This document shows positions 59,438 to 64,000 of a DNA stretch of 64,000 bases, one piece after another. The notes below the pieces were generated by a model. It did not search any database, had not been told where the DNA came from, and was given only the letters and a program-made list of their open reading frames with translations. The DNA comes from Syntrophaceae bacterium (lineage in GTDB: Bacteria > Desulfobacterota > Desulfomonilia > UBA1062). Numbering within the stretch: position 1 is the first letter of the stretch; every line of letters begins with the position of its first letter. Location: the NCBI GenBank assembly GCA_039680665.1, contig JBDKSM010000034.1, forward strand, positions 4,206 to 68,205. Reading direction: 5' to 3'. A program made the translations under genes and the position numbers.

Positions 59438-60637
59438 ATGCCCCTATTCCAGTGGGAAGGCAAACTGGCCGACGGCAGTACCCGCAAGGGTGAGATCGAG
59501 GCGGAGACAAAGGCCGCCGCTGCCATGGTCTTGAGGCGCCAGCGTATCACCCCCAGCAAGGTCAAGGCCAAACCCAAGGCAATCTCCCTGTTCGGCGGCA
59601 AGCGCATCAAGAACAAGGATATCGTGGTTTTCACCCGCCAGTTCGCCACCATGATCAATGCCGGACTGCCGCTGGTGCAGTGCCTTGAAATCCTGGCTAC
59701 CCAGCATGACAACCCCAACTTCAAGCGTATCCTGACCACCATCAAACAGGATGTCGAAAGCGGGTCGACCTTTGCCGATGCCCTGAAGAAGCACCCCGCC
59801 ATCTTCGACAACTTGTTCGTCAACCTCGTGGCGGCCGGCGAGATCGGCGGCGTTCTGGACACGATCCTGAATCGTCTGGCCCAGTACATGGAAAAGGCCG
59901 AGGCCCTCAAGGCCAAGGTCAAGGGTGCCATGACCTATCCGTCCATCGTCCTGGCCGTGGCCTTTATCGTGGTGGGCATCCTGTTGTGGTTCGTTATCCC
60001 GACCTTCAGCGAAATGTTCATCGAGTTCGGCGGCACCCTGCCGGCTCCCACCCAGTTCGTGGTCAACCTGAGCAATGTCTTCATCAAGTTCTGGTGGTTG
60101 ATCATCGGCGTCATCGTAGCCTTAGTCTTCGTCTTCATCTATGCCCGCAAACAGCCCAAGAGCCGCTACCAGTTGGACAAGCTGGCCTTGAAGCTCCCGG
60201 TCTTCGGCGTTTTGCTCAAGAAGGTTGCGGTGGCGAAATTCTCCCGCACGCTTTCTACCATGATCTCCTCGGGCGTACCCATCATGGACGCCCTGGAAAT
60301 TACCTCCAGGACCTCGGGCAACATGGTCATCGAGGAAGGCATCCGCTCCGTGCGTTCGGCCATCAGCGAGGGCAAGCCCATGGCCGATCCGCTCGACGCC
60401 ACCGGCCTGTTCCCCTCCATGGTGGTCCAGATGGTGGCGGTGGGCGAGGCTACCGGCGCTTTGGACAATATGCTCGCCAAGATCGCCGATTTCTATGATG
60501 AAGAGGTGGACACCGCGGTCGAGGCCTTGACCTCAGCCCTGGAACCGCTGCTCATGGTATTCCTGGGCACCGTCATCGGCGGCGTGGTGATCGCCATGTA
60601 CCTGCCGATCTTCAAGATGGCGGGCACGGTCGGATAA
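59438..60637 (+). CDS. pilC: type IV pilus platform protein PilC (T2SS F family)
   Basis: FTRQFATMINAGLPL, GEIGG.LD, AMTYP, AMYLPIF. Confidence 0.96.
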   Translation: MPLFQWEGKLADGSTRKGEIEAETKAAAAMVLRRQRITPSKVKAKPKAISLFGGKRIKNKDIVVFTRQFATMINAGLPLVQCLEILATQHDNPNFKRILTTIKQDVESGSTFADALKKHPAIFDNLFVNLVAAGEIGGVLDTILNRLAQYMEKAEALKAKVKGAMTYPSIVLAVAFIVVGILLWFVIPTFSEMFIEFGGTLPAPTQFVVNLSNVFIKFWWLIIGVIVALVFVFIYARKQPKSRYQLDKLALKLPVFGVLLKKVAVAKFSRTLSTMISSGVPIMDALEITSRTSGNMVIEEGIRSVRSAISEGKPMADPLDATGLFPSMVVQMVAVGEATGALDNMLAKIADFYDEEVDTAVEALTSALEPLLMVFLGTVIGGVVIAMYLPIFKMAGTVG

Positions 60638-60669
60638 CCATAAAAGGTCATATCTTAAAAGACACACCG

Positions 60670-60699
60670 ATCCCCCTTGGCGACAAGGGGGATTTTTTT
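60670..60699 (+). terminator. intrinsic terminator after pilC
   Basis: ATCCCCCTTG-gcga-CAAGGGGGAT followed by T-run. Confidence 0.85.
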
Positions 60700-60724
60700 A
60701 GTTCAGCGCAAAGGGGATAAAGCC

Positions 60725-61000
60725 ATGAGTATCTTCGAGGTCATCATGCTCGTCTGTTTCGGCGCGGCCTGGCCGCCGGCCGTATACAAGTCTTACACAT
60801 CACGCACGGCCAAGGGCAAGAGCCTCTTCTTCCTTTTCATCATCCTTGCCGGATATATATCGGGGATATTTCACAAGCTGTTCTATAACTTGGACTGGGT
60901 CGTCTTTCTTTATGCCCTCAACGGCGCCATGGTCTTCACCGACATCCTGCTCTACTACCGCAATGCCGCCCTGGACCGTCAGTCCTTGAATGCCGGCTGA
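60725..61000 (+). CDS. small PQ-loop/SemiSWEET-like membrane protein
   Basis: FEVIMLVCFGAAWP..YKS..SRTAKGKSLFF; three hydrophobic helices. Confidence 0.7.
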   Translation: MSIFEVIMLVCFGAAWPPAVYKSYTSRTAKGKSLFFLFIILAGYISGIFHKLFYNLDWVVFLYALNGAMVFTDILLYYRNAALDRQSLNAG

Positions 61001-61728
61001 AGGTCCAGATAAGAGATCAGATCGAAGCGTTCACGGATCGCGGACGATCCGAGCGTCAACAATGTCTTGAGCTCTTCATCCCGCCACGCATCCCCGCCCA
61101 GACCGGGATGGGCTACGATCTCGGTCGTGCCCGGTCCGGCATGGCCGATCAGGCCGGTTCCCTCCAGCATGTTGTCGCAGTACAGGATTCCATGCGCCCG
61201 CAGCTTCGCTTCCATGTCGACGGCTGTAACGCTCGTCCAGGGGATATCTTCACGGGTGGGCAGGGAGTAGCCGGAGCGGCTGAATCGCATGGCCGGGATA
61301 ACGTATTGCCCCATCAGCTTGAGGATGATGGCAAACACCACCGGGAAGCCGTGCACATGATGATGCGCGTCGATGTGGCTCGGTATGAGCCCCAGACCGA
61401 GGAACTTTTCGATCTGGTCGCGGGCCTCGGTTGCGAGCGTCTTACGGAACGCGCTTTGCTCGAAGCGCCTCTGAAGCTCAGAACGATTGTAGCGCTCCCG
61501 GCCTGGCGAACTCCAGCCCAGGAGGCCGTCCAGGTCGATATGGATGCCGGCGGAAGCAATCCCATAGGATTTTAAGCGTGCGGCCGCTTCACGTACGAAC
61601 GGAGCCTTGGACATCACCGAGACGTCAGTTACCACGCCCGCCTCGACACCCTTGAAGATCCCGGCATTGATCTGGGGGCTCAAACCCAGGTCGTCGGCAT
61701 TGATAATTACCCGAGGGCGCTCATGCAT
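60979..61728 (-). CDS. ChbG/YdjC/HpnK family deacetylase
   Basis: IINADDLG, GIH, PSHIDAHHHVH, TEIVAHPG. Confidence 0.9.
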   Translation of the reverse strand: MHERPRVIINADDLGLSPQINAGIFKGVEAGVVTDVSVMSKAPFVREAAARLKSYGIASAGIHIDLDGLLGWSSPGRERYNRSELQRRFEQSAFRKTLATEARDQIEKFLGLGLIPSHIDAHHHVHGFPVVFAIILKLMGQYVIPAMRFSRSGYSLPTREDIPWTSVTAVDMEAKLRAHGILYCDNMLEGTGLIGHAGPGTTEIVAHPGLGGDAWRDEELKTLLTLGSSAIRERFDLISYLDLQPAFKD

Positions 61729-62446
61729 GCCGTAATCTCGAGCGGTCCAATCGGACATCGCCGCTTACGATAATGCGTCTGACGCCCTCCACCTCCACCT
61801 CCAGAAATCCTTCCGAGGTGAGATCCCTGATCACGCAAGGCATTCCATCTTCCAGTCGCGCCGTTTGCCCCACACAGAGGCTGTGTTCCAGGAAAGCCTG
61901 CCTCACCGGTTCGAATCCATCGGCATGGTAGATACCGAACCAATGATCGAGGCTTTGAACAGCCGCCTGGATGACCTCATCGCGGACGAAAGTTTTCCCG
62001 GTGGCGAGCTTGAGGGACGTGGCGGTGTCATGCAGCTCATCCGGCCAGTCGGTTTGGTCGACGTTCACCCCGATACCGATGGCGGACACCCCCCCGCGCG
62101 CCTCGCACAGGATGCCGCAGACCTTGCGGCCCATGACCAGGATATCGTTCGGCCATTTGATTTTGAGTTCCACATTGCCCAATAGGCCGGCCAGGGCCGC
62201 GCGTACCGCCACCCCGGCCACGATGCAAAAGCGCGGGTCGGGAGCCTGAAGCGTGAGCGTCATGTAGATGTTTTCGCCCGGGGGGGAAAACCAACTCCGG
62301 CCCTGGCGTCCCCGGCCCGCGGTCTGTTCACGGGCCGTGATCAGGAGCCCCGCCCATGCGGCATCCAGGGCATAGCGATTGGTCGAGTCGACCATATCGA
62401 GCTCGATATATTCGCGAACCAGCTTGAGTCCGGTGAGATCGATCAC
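61721..62446 (-). CDS. birA: biotin--protein ligase (no HTH)
   Basis: DSTN, QTAGRGRQGRSW, IKWPND, KVCGILCE, GIGVNV. Confidence 0.93.
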   Translation of the reverse strand: MIDLTGLKLVREYIELDMVDSTNRYALDAAWAGLLITAREQTAGRGRQGRSWFSPPGENIYMTLTLQAPDPRFCIVAGVAVRAALAGLLGNVELKIKWPNDILVMGRKVCGILCEARGGVSAIGIGVNVDQTDWPDELHDTATSLKLATGKTFVRDEVIQAAVQSLDHWFGIYHADGFEPVRQAFLEHSLCVGQTARLEDGMPCVIRDLTSEGFLEVEVEGVRRIIVSGDVRLDRSRLRHA

Positions 62447-64000
62447 GCCTCAAGCAGGGCCAGCGCTTTTTCCAGCCGCTCCAGCTTGAATTCGAGCTCG
62501 GCCTTGATCTGGCGCTGCTCCTCCACGACCTCGGGATCGGCCTTTTCTAAGAAGCCCTTGTTGGATAGTTTCTTGAGCCTGACCTCCAGATCGGCCTTGA
62601 CGGTCTTGGCCTGTTTGGCCAGCCGCTCCTGCTCCTTGGCGATGTCGATCACGCCTTCCAAGGGTACGTAGATCTCCATGTCCGCGGTCACGGCAAAGGC
62701 GGTCTTTGGGGGGCGCGTCTGGCCTTCGGCCATGAAGCTTACGTCCTTGACCCGCGCCAGGCGCCGTACATAATCCATGTGCCCCTGGACGATCTGTCTG
62801 ACCTCCGGGGCTTCTGCTTTCAGGATCACGTTTAGCTCCAGCCCGGGAGGGATGTTGGACTCGCCGCGAATGCTGCGGATGCCTGAGATGAGTTCCAGCA
62901 GGATGTTCATGCCCCGGTCCTCATCCGGGAAGTTGAGGCCATCGTCCGTCTTGGGGTAGGGCGCCACGACGATGGAGACCCCCTTGGCGCCCGGCAGGAT
63001 CTGCCAGATCTCCTCGGTCATGAACGGGATGATGGGATGCGCCAGTTCGAGGATGTTCTTGAGCACGTACCAGAGCACCCAGCGCGTGGTGGCCGCGCTA
63101 GCGCCCTCCAGCATGGGCTTGGCCAGCTCGATATACCAGTCGCAGAAGGTATGCCAGGTGAAGTGATAGATGGTTTCGGCCGCGTCGTTGAAGCGGTAGG
63201 AGTCCAGGGCGTCCCGGGTGCCTGCGATGGCGCGGCCAAGTTCGGTGAGGATCCATTTGTCGGCGATGCCCAGCGTCAGGTCCTTGCGCGCGATGGCGTC
63301 AGGATCGAAGTCCGGTCCCAGGTTAGACAGCACGAAGCGGCCCGCGTTCCAGATCTTGTTGATGAAGAAGCGGTAGCCCTGTACGCGCTTTTCGCTGATG
63401 CGCACGTCTCTGCCCATGGCGGCGAAGGCCGTGAGCGCAAAGCGGAAGGCGTCCGCCCCGAAGCGCTCCATCTCGATCAAGGGGTCCACGATGTTGCCCT
63501 TGGACTTGCTCATCTTCTGCCCGTGCTCGTCGCGCACCAGGGCATGCAGGTACACGTCCTTGAAGGGCACATCGCCCATGAATTTGATGCCCATCATCAT
63601 CATGCGCGCCACCCAGAAGAACAGAATATCGAACCCGGTGACCAGCACCGAGGTGGGGTAGAAGCGCTTGAGCTCCGGCGTGTCCTCGGGCCAGCCCATG
63701 GTGGAAAACGGCCACAGGCCGGAAGAGAACCAGGTGTCGAGCACGTCGGTGTCCTGCCGGATCTTGTCGGATTTGCAGTGGCAGCAGACTCCGGGTTCGG
63801 TCTCGCTGACCGTAACCCCGCCGCAGTTCTCGCAGAACCAGGCCGGAATGCGGTGACCCCACCAGATCTGGCGCGATATGCACCAGTCGCGGATGTTGTT
63901 CATCCACTCGTAGTAGGTCTTCTCCCACTGGGGCGGGATGATGCGGGTGTCACCCTCCTTGACTGCCGCGATGGCCTTTTCGGCCAGCGGCTTGGCGGCC
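62443..64000 (-). CDS. valS: valine--tRNA ligase (C-terminal part; 5' end outside window)
   Basis: DWCISRQIWWGHRIP, DVLDTWFSS, DILFFWVARM, KMSKS, C-terminal coiled coil. Confidence 0.97.
   Translation of the reverse strand, partial: AAKPLAEKAIAAVKEGDTRIIPPQWEKTYYEWMNNIRDWCISRQIWWGHRIPAWFCENCGGVTVSETEPGVCCHCKSDKIRQDTDVLDTWFSSGLWPFSTMGWPEDTPELKRFYPTSVLVTGFDILFFWVARMMMMGIKFMGDVPFKDVYLHALVRDEHGQKMSKSKGNIVDPLIEMERFGADAFRFALTAFAAMGRDVRISEKRVQGYRFFINKIWNAGRFVLSNLGPDFDPDAIARKDLTLGIADKWILTELGRAIAGTRDALDSYRFNDAAETIYHFTWHTFCDWYIELAKPMLEGASAATTRWVLWYVLKNILELAHPIIPFMTEEIWQILPGAKGVSIVVAPYPKTDDGLNFPDEDRGMNILLELISGIRSIRGESNIPPGLELNVILKAEAPEVRQIVQGHMDYVRRLARVKDVSFMAEGQTRPPKTAFAVTADMEIYVPLEGVIDIAKEQERLAKQAKTVKADLEVRLKKLSNKGFLEKADPEVVEEQRQIKAELEFKLERLEKALALLEA

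Overview
GC-rich chromosomal window from an anaerobic bacterium. Gene content (IOR, DUF362, many CxxCCC ferredoxin-like proteins, pilB-pilT-pilC, AmmeMemoRadiSam) suggests Desulfobacterota/Syntrophales-like affinity (inference). Left: a lipid/acyl-CoA cluster (acyl-CoA dehydrogenase, SCP2, V4R, START, Fe-S), a frameshifted tex, rlpA, a sigma54-driven PilZ gene, an acyl-CoA ligase, and c-di-GMP signalling genes including a ~1640-aa kinase-ATPase-GAF-GGDEF fusion. Middle: a nine-gene minus-strand operon iorA-livH-livM-livG-livF-paaK-livK-iorB-paaK. Right: mostly housekeeping (ilvD, amrS, M18 peptidase, polA, tatA, clpB, lolA, ftsK, rnj, ssb, pilBTC, birA, valS) plus a RES-Xre toxin-antitoxin pair. 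The strongest signal, missed by the ORF track, is a complete trpL-type ribosome-mediated attenuator in front of the ior/paaK/ABC operon: a 16-aa leader MKKHHGRLSWWRNTDA, mutually exclusive 1:2, 2:3 and 3:4 helices, and a U-tailed terminator. This implies the operon is a Trp-starvation-induced salvage route (indole-3-acetate import, CoA activation, reductive carboxylation) rather than a catabolic one. Several families of short palindromic or heptamer intergenic repeats are present. No rRNA, tRNA, CRISPR array or transposase was recognised. All calls come from motif reading; no database search was run.
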